A stretch of DNA of 64,000 nucleotides from a virus. Location: IMG/VR virus record IMGVR_UViG_3300025010_000005, positions 36,705 to 100,704 of that record; one strand, 5' to 3'. A model generated the notes under the pieces. That model searched no databases and was not told the origin of the DNA. It worked only from the letters and a program-made list of their open reading frames with translations. The position numbers and the translations under genes were made by a program. Every line of letters starts with the position of its first letter. Position 1 is the first letter of the stretch. Below are positions 18,342-27,495 of this stretch, in pieces.

Positions 18342-18991
18342 TGGGATTTTTAGATAATTTAAAAAACAATCTAATCAATGAAGTATTGTCTTCACCAAAA
18401 CCAAGGGTATTATCTTCAAATGTAAAGTTAACAATTAGACCTCAAAATATGGGAATGTCCGAATATGATCAACACGATTCTATCGATGTTGGTGAAATTG
18501 ATACATTCAAAAAAGCAAAAGTTATTGGTGTTGTTAAAAAATTCAAACCTTATGGTGAAAAATTTGAAACAGTTATAACAGAAGATAACGGTTGGGATAT
18601 CTCTTTTACTTGTGGTAAGGTTGATTGGAATCTAGCATATTTTGTTTATATGAATGAAGTTGCGATGTTAGGAAATATAAAGGAAACGGATTCAATTAAT
18701 AGAACCGCATTTGAAAATATAATGGGACGACCTGTTTTTACAATCACAGAAGAAATTAAATTATATAATGGAAAAACAGAGATTTGGGAGTATCAAGATT
18801 TTGTCTTGCTTGGTTACGAATCAAACACAAATGATGACAATCAAGTTATCGTAGAAAGTGTAACTGGATTTGCTTCTCGCAGAGTTGCAATTGGAGATAT
18901 GAATCAAGATTTAGAATTATCTAAAATAAACAGTAGCGTTAGCAAAATTTTGTTAGCGTTGAAAAAGTCAGGAAAATATGGTTTACAATAG
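18341..18991 (+). CDS. tail tube-like protein, paralog 4
   Basis: GEIDTF, GWDISFTCGKVDWNLA; ATG 18341 coupled to upstream stop. Confidence 0.7.
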   Translation: MGFLDNLKNNLINEVLSSPKPRVLSSNVKLTIRPQNMGMSEYDQHDSIDVGEIDTFKKAKVIGVVKKFKPYGEKFETVITEDNGWDISFTCGKVDWNLAYFVYMNEVAMLGNIKETDSINRTAFENIMGRPVFTITEEIKLYNGKTEIWEYQDFVLLGYESNTNDDNQVIVESVTGFASRRVAIGDMNQDLELSKINSSVSKILLALKKSGKYGLQ

Positions 18992-19000
18992 GAGGTTCTA

Positions 19001-19312
19001 GTGTTAGAGAAGACTTTAAAAGATGGCACAAAGATTGTTATGAAAGAACTTTCTGCTCTCGAAGAAATGCTCGCCATTGAAATTATCAGCAAAGATATTG
19101 ATGAAAGCAATGATATTAAAAATGGAATGCAACATCGCTTCGTAAGTTGTCTACTTTCAATCGTTAAAGTAGATGATGAAGATTTTATTGGCCCAACCAA
19201 TTTAGAAGAAGCTTATGCTTTGCTTGCAAATCTTCCTAGTAGAAAATGGAAACAAATTTTGGAAGTCCACGATGAGGTAAACTCAGACGAAGATGAGCTA
19301 AAAAAAAATTAA
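19001..19312 (+). CDS. tail assembly chaperone (G-like)
   Basis: AGGAGG SD; acidic ~100 aa between tube and tape measure; ends in an A9 run. Confidence 0.75.
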   Translation: MLEKTLKDGTKIVMKELSALEEMLAIEIISKDIDESNDIKNGMQHRFVSCLLSIVKVDDEDFIGPTNLEEAYALLANLPSRKWKQILEVHDEVNSDEDELKKN

Positions 19313-19475
19313 TAGTTTAGCAGATAATTCTGTTTTTAAACAGTGTGTTTCCCTGGTTCAAGCTGGGTTTCCTTATAAAGTAGTTTTTGGAAATGAAAAA
19401 CCAATGAACAGGATTTGGCGAAACGCTTCAATTATTGTGTTGAATGAATTAAATGGAACAGATGACGAGGATTAA
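19308..19475 (+). CDS. frameshifted chaperone extension (T-like frame)
   Basis: 55-codon open frame (INSLADNSVFKQCVSLVQAGFPY...) reached by +1/-2 shift from the A9 run; stop embedded in terminator. Confidence 0.6.
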   Translation: MNSLADNSVFKQCVSLVQAGFPYKVVFGNEKPMNRIWRNASIIVLNELNGTDDED

Positions 19476-19490
19476 TCCTCGTCTTTTTTT
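19464..19490 (+). terminator. intrinsic terminator
   Basis: GACGAGGA-ttaa-TCCTCGTC then T7. Confidence 0.8.
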
Positions 19491-19533
19491 ATTGTGAATG
19501 TATAATAATTTTTGAATGTAAAAGGAGTAAACA

Positions 19534-20157
19534 ATGATTAAGATTACAGATGCAAATGATGATAAACAATCGTTTACATTTTTAACAAGGGAATATCCAG
19601 AAGAAATTAAATTTGATAAAAAAGCAACAATTAATCATATTGAATATGCTGGAGGATTCCAAACAAATCAATTAATTGGAGTATATAATCAACCTCTTGA
19701 TTGGTCTGGATTGTTTTATGGAACATATAATGGTGAAAAAGGAACAATCTTAGCAAACCACAAAGCAAATACACTTCAAGGATTTGTTGGTAAAGTTGTT
19801 AACATAGAAATTAATGAACATAAAAAAATGTATCTAGTTGAATCTGTAGAATTGAAAGTAAAAAATCCAACAAATGTTGAATACTCGATTAAATTAGTTC
19901 CTCATCAAACAATGGAAAAAATTAAAATAGATGCAAATTCTACAATGAGAGTTGAATTTAAACCAGAGGATATTTCTAATGCTGCCGCTAACGCTGGAAA
20001 AAAGGGTGGTAAATTAAATTCAAAAGATGCTAAAAAAAAGGTTAAAGATGCCAATAAAGAAATTGCAAAAAAAACTGGCGGACATGATAAAGAATTTTCA
20101 GAAGGAACAAATCCTAAACCAAAAACACCAAAAAAAAGAAATACTATTTATTTATAA
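19534..20157 (+). CDS. tail/baseplate tube-initiator-like protein
   Basis: beta-rich N-terminal domain with PEEI...GG...WSG pattern; Lys-rich tail; synteny. Confidence 0.55.
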   Translation: MIKITDANDDKQSFTFLTREYPEEIKFDKKATINHIEYAGGFQTNQLIGVYNQPLDWSGLFYGTYNGEKGTILANHKANTLQGFVGKVVNIEINEHKKMYLVESVELKVKNPTNVEYSIKLVPHQTMEKIKIDANSTMRVEFKPEDISNAAANAGKKGGKLNSKDAKKKVKDANKEIAKKTGGHDKEFSEGTNPKPKTPKKRNTIYL

Positions 20158-20167
20158 GGGGAAATAA

Positions 20168-22744
20168 ATGTCAGACTTTCAATATGATATTTCTGTAGTA
20201 TTAAAAGCATTAGGTTTAAAAGAGACTTCAAAAGAGGCTCAAAATCTTCTTGGAAATTTAAATCAACTTAGTGGTGTCAAACTAAAAAATATCACTTCTA
20301 TGACAACCGGGCAAGAAAAGCCATTTATGACTTATAATCTTGCAATTAGGGATGCAATCGCTCATAAAAAAGCCCTAAATGCAATGTCTGGTCTTAAAGA
20401 AGATCCATCTCGTATGTTCAGAATGACAATTGATCCAAAACCCTTTGAACAAGAACAACAAAGAATTCAAAAAGAAAAACAACAATTGGAAAAAATCCGT
20501 CAAATGAAAGAAGATATGTATAAAAAACTCTTCATTCAGGCGGAAAATAAAACTGCAAAAGAAATTGAATTAGCACAAAAAGAACGACAAGCAAAAGAAA
20601 ATATGTATCGCGGCATGTTTGCTATTATCGATCAGCAAGAACGAAAAGCTGCCGAGAAAAGCAGACAACGATCTGAAAAAAAATTAGAACAAGATCGAGT
20701 AAATACTAGAAAACAGCAAATAACATATACAAATATGTTTAAAAAAATTGAAGCAGATCAAGAAAGATCCATTAATAAAATGGTCTCTCATGGTCTTAAA
20801 CTTGTTAAATTTAATCAAGATTCAGAATTTAATATTTTTAAAGCAAAATTAAAAACAAAAAATATTACAGATCAACTTGCTGGTGCATCTGCTCGTTTAG
20901 GAACTCAAGATGCCACAACACAATCTAAGATTCGTGTAGCAATTTCCAATTCAAATGCCGCATTACAACAAGCAACTTCTTTATATCAAAGATATTCAGA
21001 AGCAAGAATTCGTGGCGACGAACAAGCGGCAAGAATGCATAGACACGAAGCGGAAGTATTTGTTTCTACCGCTAGAAGTGCTGCAAATGAAGCAACAAGA
21101 TTAGCAAATAGACAAATAAGAGGAAACCAACAAGTATCCTCTTCTTATAGAGGATTGACTCAAAGCGTTCAAGGATTATATCATCAAATGAGAACGCTAA
21201 ACCATGCATTTTACGCTTTTGGTGGATATTTAGCAATTAATACACTCAAAAGAGTTGATGGTTATTTTGTTAACGCCGGTAGAAGCGCTTTAAAATATGC
21301 TGACAATGTAAATAAAGCGCAATTATCAATGACCGCTTTAGGTATCGTTAAAACAGGTAAAAGTGAAGAACAAATTGATACGTTTGGAAATACAGAAGAT
21401 AAAAAAACGTTAACAAGAGCAAGAAAGTTTTCAAAAGAAATGCATGCGCTACTTCAAGATGAAGCCGCAAAAACAGGTCAAGACTTCAATGAAGTTTATG
21501 GCGTTGTAAAAACACTTTTGCCCGATATGATGAATAAATTTAAGGGAAAAGGAAACTATCTTCTTGAGCATGGCGAAGAAGTTAAAGGATTAACTAAAGA
21601 CTATGTTGAATTACTAAGTGCTTTGAAAATGGTTGATCCTCGTGGTGGAGATTTATTTTATCAAGCATTCCCAATTCAAAAAATGTTAACTGGTAGTGGA
21701 AAAGAGGATGGTGAAAATGCCGCACAAAACTTCCGTTCAGCGTTAAATAGATTAAATATTCGTGTTCTTGAAAAAGATCAAAAACTAATTACAAAATATG
21801 CAACCCAAGGCAAAATGAGACAAGCCATGGATGAAGTTATGCGAATTATGAAAGCCTCTGGTGTTTCTGCTGCAACACTGGGAACTATGATGAGCAAAAC
21901 AATGGAGCCAAACGTTGCTGGTACAATTTCATCATTGATGAGAATTAGAAATGTAATTACTGGGCCAACTTATGGAGCTTTCACGGAGTTCTTTAAAACA
22001 GTAAATCGTGGTTTTAGAGAAATTATGATGAACGACGGTTTTAACAAGCACCTAGAAAAAGTCGGTAAATCTATTAAAGAATTTATTCTTAAAGATTTGC
22101 ATATATTTACAAGAATGATGGATAGATTTGACGCAAACGGAATGTCTGGATGGAAAAAATTAATTGATGGAGCGGCAGAGTTTGGTAAAGCGATTTGGAA
22201 TATTAACGTAAATATTCTGGAATTTTTTGCAGGTCTTTTTGGTATATCTAAAAATACAAGTATTGAAGGATACACAAAAGATTTAAAAACATTAAATGTA
22301 GAGTTGGTTAAATCGAGAGATGCTGCGCGAGAACTTGGAAATAAATTTCATACAGCTTTTAGTTGGATTCAAAAAATTGTTGATCTAGTTGGAATAGAGA
22401 CTTTAACTGGAGCTATAGTTGGTGGTGCGGTAACGGGCGGAAATCCTTTTGGAATCGTTGGAGGTGCTGCGATTGGTGGTGCTGTTAAACGAAGTAATCA
22501 AGATGAAGAAATGCTTAAAAAAGGCGATTGGTTAGATAAATTAAAATGGCACATCGAAAATATGTTTACGCCATCGCTTATGCCAAGAGTAACTCCTTAC
22601 GGGGAAAAGAAAAATGAACAAAAAACAAATAATGCTAAAAAAGAAAATAAAGGAACTACAATATCAATCGGAAGTATTACAATTAACGAACAAAAAAATG
22701 CAAAACAATTCGTTGATGGTTTAAATGGATATGGGGTTGCTTAA
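20168..22744 (+). CDS. tape measure protein
   Basis: long helical A/K/Q-rich protein with Gly-rich hydrophobic segment; synteny. Confidence 0.85.
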   Translation: MSDFQYDISVVLKALGLKETSKEAQNLLGNLNQLSGVKLKNITSMTTGQEKPFMTYNLAIRDAIAHKKALNAMSGLKEDPSRMFRMTIDPKPFEQEQQRIQKEKQQLEKIRQMKEDMYKKLFIQAENKTAKEIELAQKERQAKENMYRGMFAIIDQQERKAAEKSRQRSEKKLEQDRVNTRKQQITYTNMFKKIEADQERSINKMVSHGLKLVKFNQDSEFNIFKAKLKTKNITDQLAGASARLGTQDATTQSKIRVAISNSNAALQQATSLYQRYSEARIRGDEQAARMHRHEAEVFVSTARSAANEATRLANRQIRGNQQVSSSYRGLTQSVQGLYHQMRTLNHAFYAFGGYLAINTLKRVDGYFVNAGRSALKYADNVNKAQLSMTALGIVKTGKSEEQIDTFGNTEDKKTLTRARKFSKEMHALLQDEAAKTGQDFNEVYGVVKTLLPDMMNKFKGKGNYLLEHGEEVKGLTKDYVELLSALKMVDPRGGDLFYQAFPIQKMLTGSGKEDGENAAQNFRSALNRLNIRVLEKDQKLITKYATQGKMRQAMDEVMRIMKASGVSAATLGTMMSKTMEPNVAGTISSLMRIRNVITGPTYGAFTEFFKTVNRGFREIMMNDGFNKHLEKVGKSIKEFILKDLHIFTRMMDRFDANGMSGWKKLIDGAAEFGKAIWNINVNILEFFAGLFGISKNTSIEGYTKDLKTLNVELVKSRDAARELGNKFHTAFSWIQKIVDLVGIETLTGAIVGGAVTGGNPFGIVGGAAIGGAVKRSNQDEEMLKKGDWLDKLKWHIENMFTPSLMPRVTPYGEKKNEQKTNNAKKENKGTTISIGSITINEQKNAKQFVDGLNGYGVA

Positions 22745-22745
22745 A

Positions 22746-23132
22746 ATGAATGAAGAATTATATACGACCGAAAATTATAATAATTTAGTCTCACTTAAAG
22801 ATTACCTTCAATCTACAATCAATGAATTTTATGTAAATTATGATAACTTTGTTTTTGATGATAAACTTATTATTGCAGAAATAATTGACGAATATAAAAC
22901 TATTATTTTTGAGTTAGAAAAGTTTATCATCATCTATAACCAAATTCAAACAGATATTAAAATTAAGAATCAATATACGGTAATTTATGGTGACACGCTT
23001 CCAAGAGTTGCATTAAAATCAACTGGAAATGTTAACAACTGGAAGGCTATTTATAAATTTAATAATTTAAAAGATATATTTTTAACACCGGGAGACACAC
23101 TAGATATACCAGAGGAATCTTATTATGAGTAA
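22746..23132 (+). CDS. LysM/Tail-X-like baseplate protein
   Basis: YTVIYGDTL..VA....G....W.AI...N....LTPGDTLDIP. Confidence 0.85.
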   Translation: MNEELYTTENYNNLVSLKDYLQSTINEFYVNYDNFVFDDKLIIAEIIDEYKTIIFELEKFIIIYNQIQTDIKIKNQYTVIYGDTLPRVALKSTGNVNNWKAIYKFNNLKDIFLTPGDTLDIPEESYYE

Positions 23133-24306
23133 TGTTGGATATATCCCTATCGTTTTTGCCATTCTTGGCAAACAATATGTTATGTGTACATCATATGACT
23201 TTGTTATTAATAATAAGAATGAAACTTCGACTTGTAATTTAACAATTCCTCTGGAAAACGTTGACACCACTATCTTCGCGTCTGATAGTGAATTTAGTAA
23301 TATTGTTCCTGTTGAAATTTATAGTGGATATTTTAACGATATTGACCAAGTTAATATTATCTATAAAGATATTGCAGAAGGAAAAATTGGAAAACAATTT
23401 AAGAAAAGATTCTCTGGTTATGTCTCTCAACCCGAATGGAAATTTGGAAAAGAGAGATTGTTAAATCTTGCTTGTTTGGATTGGACTGGATTCCTTCGTG
23501 AATTTAAGTTTGCAGACAATGTTGAGTCCAACTCAACTGAATGTAGTGCAATTGTTAATGTTATCAAATCCAGAGTCAAGGGAATTAATATTACAATGGA
23601 TAAACCACCTGGAAGTTATCTTCTTGGAGACAACGATAATAAGAGTAATAAACAAACCTATAATGCCTCTGGTAAAAGTTTATACGATGTTTTAAAAGAT
23701 GTTGCAAACAAACTTGGTTACATTATTACGGTAGATGGAAATAACGTTCACCTTGGAAAATCTGGAACAATTGTTAACACTTGGCATTTTGATTACAGCA
23801 ATGAACATACAGATACAACAAAAACTTGTTTTGATGATCTTTGTTTTAGATTTGGTGAAAAGGGTAGAACGGACAAAGCAAATTTGGTCATTCGTGTTCT
23901 TGGTAGCGATCACACAAAAAAGGGTAAAGAAAAAAAGATCGAAGTCATTTATCCAGAAGGAACTAGAATAACTAAAGACACTCAGGTAAAGACTGTTAAG
24001 ATTTATCTTGATATTAAAGCATCAGAAGCCAATGCTATTGCTAAAAACGAATATCATCGTAACGCAAAACGCGCAATCACAGGAACAATCAGTATTCCTT
24101 TTGCAAATAACGATATTAATATTTTGGATGCAATTGTTATAGATAGCAAGCAAGACGGTTTAAATGTTTTAAAAGATTATATATTTGGAATTAATAGCAT
24201 CACGGAAACATTTGACGATAACGGATATTCACAATCAATTGAGTTTGAAAGTGATAAAACATTAACCAAAAGACCTGTAGTTAAATTACAAACAAAGAAG
24301 AAGTAG
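23125..24306 (+). CDS. baseplate hub (gpD/gp27-like)
   Basis: size, FSGYV and ACLDW patterns, synteny. Confidence 0.75.
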   Translation: MSNVGYIPIVFAILGKQYVMCTSYDFVINNKNETSTCNLTIPLENVDTTIFASDSEFSNIVPVEIYSGYFNDIDQVNIIYKDIAEGKIGKQFKKRFSGYVSQPEWKFGKERLLNLACLDWTGFLREFKFADNVESNSTECSAIVNVIKSRVKGINITMDKPPGSYLLGDNDNKSNKQTYNASGKSLYDVLKDVANKLGYIITVDGNNVHLGKSGTIVNTWHFDYSNEHTDTTKTCFDDLCFRFGEKGRTDKANLVIRVLGSDHTKKGKEKKIEVIYPEGTRITKDTQVKTVKIYLDIKASEANAIAKNEYHRNAKRAITGTISIPFANNDINILDAIVIDSKQDGLNVLKDYIFGINSITETFDDNGYSQSIEFESDKTLTKRPVVKLQTKKK

Positions 24307-24316
24307 GTGATTTACT

Positions 24317-24943
24317 TTGACTGACGCTTATAGTCCAATTAGACGAATTTTCGAAGAAACAGATAAGAAGATTGAGGATACGAGGTGGATTGCTACCGCA
24401 ATCGTTCTTGAGGTTCGTAAAGAAGATAGAAAAATTCGTGTTGCAATTCTTCCCGATTTGATTGAATCAAATTGGATTAGAGTTTATTATTTGAACGCTG
24501 GAGATAATTATCTCTCTGGGCCTTTGCCAGAAATTGATACTGAGGTTGTCTGTCTTTTCATTGGCGGAAACCCTAATGCGTGTTTTGTCCTTGCTGGTGG
24601 ATTTCTGCAAGATGTAGACAAACCAGAGGATATTGAAGACGACTTTACCTTTCCAATTCAAGACAAGTATGGTAACAAAATAGTCATGAGTTCTAAAGGA
24701 ATCGTTATCACTTCAAAACTTGTTCAGATTGGTGACAAAGATTTGTCTGATAACGATAATGTTGCAAGAAAAAGCGATTTAGACGCCTTGATTTCAGAAT
24801 TTAATTCTCATAAATTATTAATGAAGTCTCATTATCATATTGGAAATATGGGCGCTCCGACGATATTAGATCCTACAATTGCTAGTCAAATTGTTGATAC
24901 CGATAAATCTGTTTGCAGCAAAACAGTAAAAGCAAAGGATTAA
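24317..24943 (+). CDS. baseplate central spike (gpV-like)
   Basis: OB-fold ESNWI..LPEIDTEVVCLFIGG; HxH iron-binding motif (SHYH). Confidence 0.85.
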   Translation: MTDAYSPIRRIFEETDKKIEDTRWIATAIVLEVRKEDRKIRVAILPDLIESNWIRVYYLNAGDNYLSGPLPEIDTEVVCLFIGGNPNACFVLAGGFLQDVDKPEDIEDDFTFPIQDKYGNKIVMSSKGIVITSKLVQIGDKDLSDNDNVARKSDLDALISEFNSHKLLMKSHYHIGNMGAPTILDPTIASQIVDTDKSVCSKTVKAKD

Positions 24944-24947
24944 ATTT

Positions 24948-25250
24948 ATGCCATTAATCAAAGCAACCTTATATGAGAATATGAAAAGCACAATGAAGCC
25001 AGCAATTATAAGCGCATTAGAAGCATCAATGTCAAAAAAGGAGCCAATGACTATCGAACAATCTGCAGAAGCATTAGCGGAAGCATTATCAGAAACCATT
25101 GCAAAAACAATTTCAGATAAAATTGATGATTATATTAAAGCGGCGACCGTAACTGTTACGGTCTCTACAATTACTGGTGTTACTGGTTGCAGTACCGGAC
25201 CTGGAACAATTGTCTCTGGTGCTGGTACCGGAACAGCCGTTATTTCTTAA
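24948..25250 (+). CDS. putative spike-tip/baseplate protein
   Basis: follows spike; IDDYIKAATV and Gly/Thr-rich C-terminus. Confidence 0.55.
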   Translation: MPLIKATLYENMKSTMKPAIISALEASMSKKEPMTIEQSAEALAEALSETIAKTISDKIDDYIKAATVTVTVSTITGVTGCSTGPGTIVSGAGTGTAVIS

Positions 25251-25259
25251 GAGGTAAAA

Positions 25260-25691
25260 ATGAATAGATACGGAAATGATATTATTCTAAAAGATGGTGA
25301 TTTTGTTACAACAAATAATGGAGATTTATTTACTTGTAGCGATTATGAAAAAACAGTTACAACTGAAGAATCTCAACCCAAATTTGAAGGATATTACAAT
25401 GTTTTATTTTCTTTGACTGATAGACTTTTAACTTTAAAGGGTGATAATATCTTTCATGAACAGTACGGAAGTGATTTATACAATCTTTTATCCAGACCAA
25501 ACTCGAACGATTTAAGCCAATCTTTGAGAAATTCAATTAGTGAATGTCTTCTTAAGGACGACAGGGTTAAAGAAATTTCAAGTATTGTTGTTGAACAAAA
25601 AGATAACAAAGTATTTATTTCTGCTGATATTGTATTAATTGGAAGTGATGAAATATCACGATTTGTTTTTCCAAGTTTTATTGTGTCGTAA
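25260..25691 (+). CDS. baseplate wedge/sheath initiator (gpW/gp25-like)
   Basis: RLLTLKG..FHEQYGS, LLKDDRV. Confidence 0.85.
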   Translation: MNRYGNDIILKDGDFVTTNNGDLFTCSDYEKTVTTEESQPKFEGYYNVLFSLTDRLLTLKGDNIFHEQYGSDLYNLLSRPNSNDLSQSLRNSISECLLKDDRVKEISSIVVEQKDNKVFISADIVLIGSDEISRFVFPSFIVS

Positions 25692-25697
25692 ATGAAG

Positions 25698-25751
25698 CCC
25701 CTCGAAAGAGGGGTTTTTCCATTATATGAATGTATAATAATTTTTGATGTT
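25698..25751 (+). repeat. 54-bp direct repeat copy 1 (terminator plus late-promoter-like motif)
   Basis: identical to 30011-30064. Confidence 0.9.
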
Positions 25752-25768
25752 CAAGAGAGGATGAATCA

Positions 25769-26908
25769 ATGCCAGAACGTAAAATTTATACGAACGCAGA
25801 AATCGTTCAAAAAATTATAACTGAGATTGGGAATAAATCAACAAATTTAACCGATATGGGTGAAGGTTCAAACATTCGTTCACTCGTTGATGCTTTTGCT
25901 TATTATGTAGAATATATGCAACTTCAAATTAACAATGCTTTTGAAAGTTTTAAAATGAGTAAAGCAAACGGGACAGATTTAGACAATCGTGTTAAAGATT
26001 TTGGAATTATTAGAAATTCTTCTACTCCCGCTTATGGTAATATTAAATTTGGTAGAAATACAGGAGCGCCTGCCGCTTTCGTTATATCTGCCGGATCTCA
26101 AGTTTCAACTGTTCCAGATGTATTTGGTAATACAATTGACTATACTTTAGATAGTGATTTAACATTTGCTTCTGGTGCGTTAGCCGCTACAGGTCAAGTT
26201 ACTTGTACCGTTGACGGAATCATTGGAAATGTACCTTCTGGTTATATAACAAATATTACAAGTTCAATTCCTGGTGTAGATTATGTAATTAACGAAGTGG
26301 CATATTATCCCGGTGCTAATGAAGAAACAGACGAAGCCTTAAAAAAGAGAGTTCCAATTTTTCTTAATGGTTTAAAAATGGGAAATGAAGACGCCATTAA
26401 GTCTGCCGTTTCTGCCATTCCAGGCGTTACAATTGTAAGAGTTATTGAAGAACTTGGTCAAATTAATGTTTTCGTTTCAACTCAATCTGGTGTTTTAACA
26501 GATCAACAAAAACAAGATATGTTAACCGTTGCGGACAAAGCTGCTGCATTTGGAATTACTGTTAGTTTAACAACACCAACAATTGAACCAATCACAATTT
26601 CATGTGATATTTCGTATGATGAAGATAATTATATTGAGAATGAATTAGCCGTAATTATTAAAGAAAAAATTAATAGTTTGGTTATTGCAAACTCAGAGAT
26701 TAAAACAATTAATGGAATTTCCAAGCCAGTATTAAAACTTTCAGATATTATTGTAATGGTCAATTCAATTCCGGGTGTTGTTGATATTTCTGATGTTAAG
26801 ATAAATAACATTGCATCAAATTATGTTGCAACTCAAATTTATAATGTTTTGAGATTTTCAAACAACGATTATACATCTGGAATCACATTAACAATGACTG
26901 GTGAATAA
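25769..26908 (+). CDS. baseplate J-like wedge protein
   Basis: GSNIRSL, ANGTDLD, GIIGNV, GANEETDEAL..R, IPGV. Confidence 0.95.
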   Translation: MPERKIYTNAEIVQKIITEIGNKSTNLTDMGEGSNIRSLVDAFAYYVEYMQLQINNAFESFKMSKANGTDLDNRVKDFGIIRNSSTPAYGNIKFGRNTGAPAAFVISAGSQVSTVPDVFGNTIDYTLDSDLTFASGALAATGQVTCTVDGIIGNVPSGYITNITSSIPGVDYVINEVAYYPGANEETDEALKKRVPIFLNGLKMGNEDAIKSAVSAIPGVTIVRVIEELGQINVFVSTQSGVLTDQQKQDMLTVADKAAAFGITVSLTTPTIEPITISCDISYDEDNYIENELAVIIKEKINSLVIANSEIKTINGISKPVLKLSDIIVMVNSIPGVVDISDVKINNIASNYVATQIYNVLRFSNNDYTSGITLTMTGE

Positions 26909-26910
26909 TT

Positions 26911-27486
26911 ATGGGAAATTTAAGTGTTGATGATATTGTCCAAAGAATTATGTTGGTTTTGCCAAGTAAATTTGATAAAGCTAATGACACAGATTTATAT
27001 GCTTTTTGGTATGGAATTGCTGCTGCGTTAGAAATTGATTCGGATTTGATTGATGAATTGTTCAAACAAACAAACCTTATTGGTTTAGCCAATGCTTCCA
27101 GTGGATATGTTGATGAATATATTAATAGTCTTGCTAATATAGGAAGATTAACTGACGAAACAGATGAAGATTATAAAGAAAGATATTCGAGCGTATTATA
27201 TAAATATAATTGTTCATCTGATGGAATTGCTTCGATTGTTTTAGATTTATATGGTCAAAATCCAGATGGTATGGTTTCAGCAAAAACAAGAGGAGCTTTT
27301 TTAGATTCAGAATATTATTATGATGACGCAAAATATATGTCGTTTTATGGTATGGATGGATTAGAATATCAAGGATATGTAATTCTAAACACAAAACCAA
27401 GTGATACCGTAATTGATAGATTGTGTAGTACAATTAATGCGGTAAAAGCATCTGGAATTTACGTTTATATTGTTTTCCCTTCGTAA
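26911..27486 (+). CDS. baseplate I-like wedge protein
   Basis: ETDEDYKER, VKASGI; follows J. Confidence 0.75.
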   Translation: MGNLSVDDIVQRIMLVLPSKFDKANDTDLYAFWYGIAAALEIDSDLIDELFKQTNLIGLANASSGYVDEYINSLANIGRLTDETDEDYKERYSSVLYKYNCSSDGIASIVLDLYGQNPDGMVSAKTRGAFLDSEYYYDDAKYMSFYGMDGLEYQGYVILNTKPSDTVIDRLCSTINAVKASGIYVYIVFPS

Positions 27487-27495
27487 GAGGTAAAG

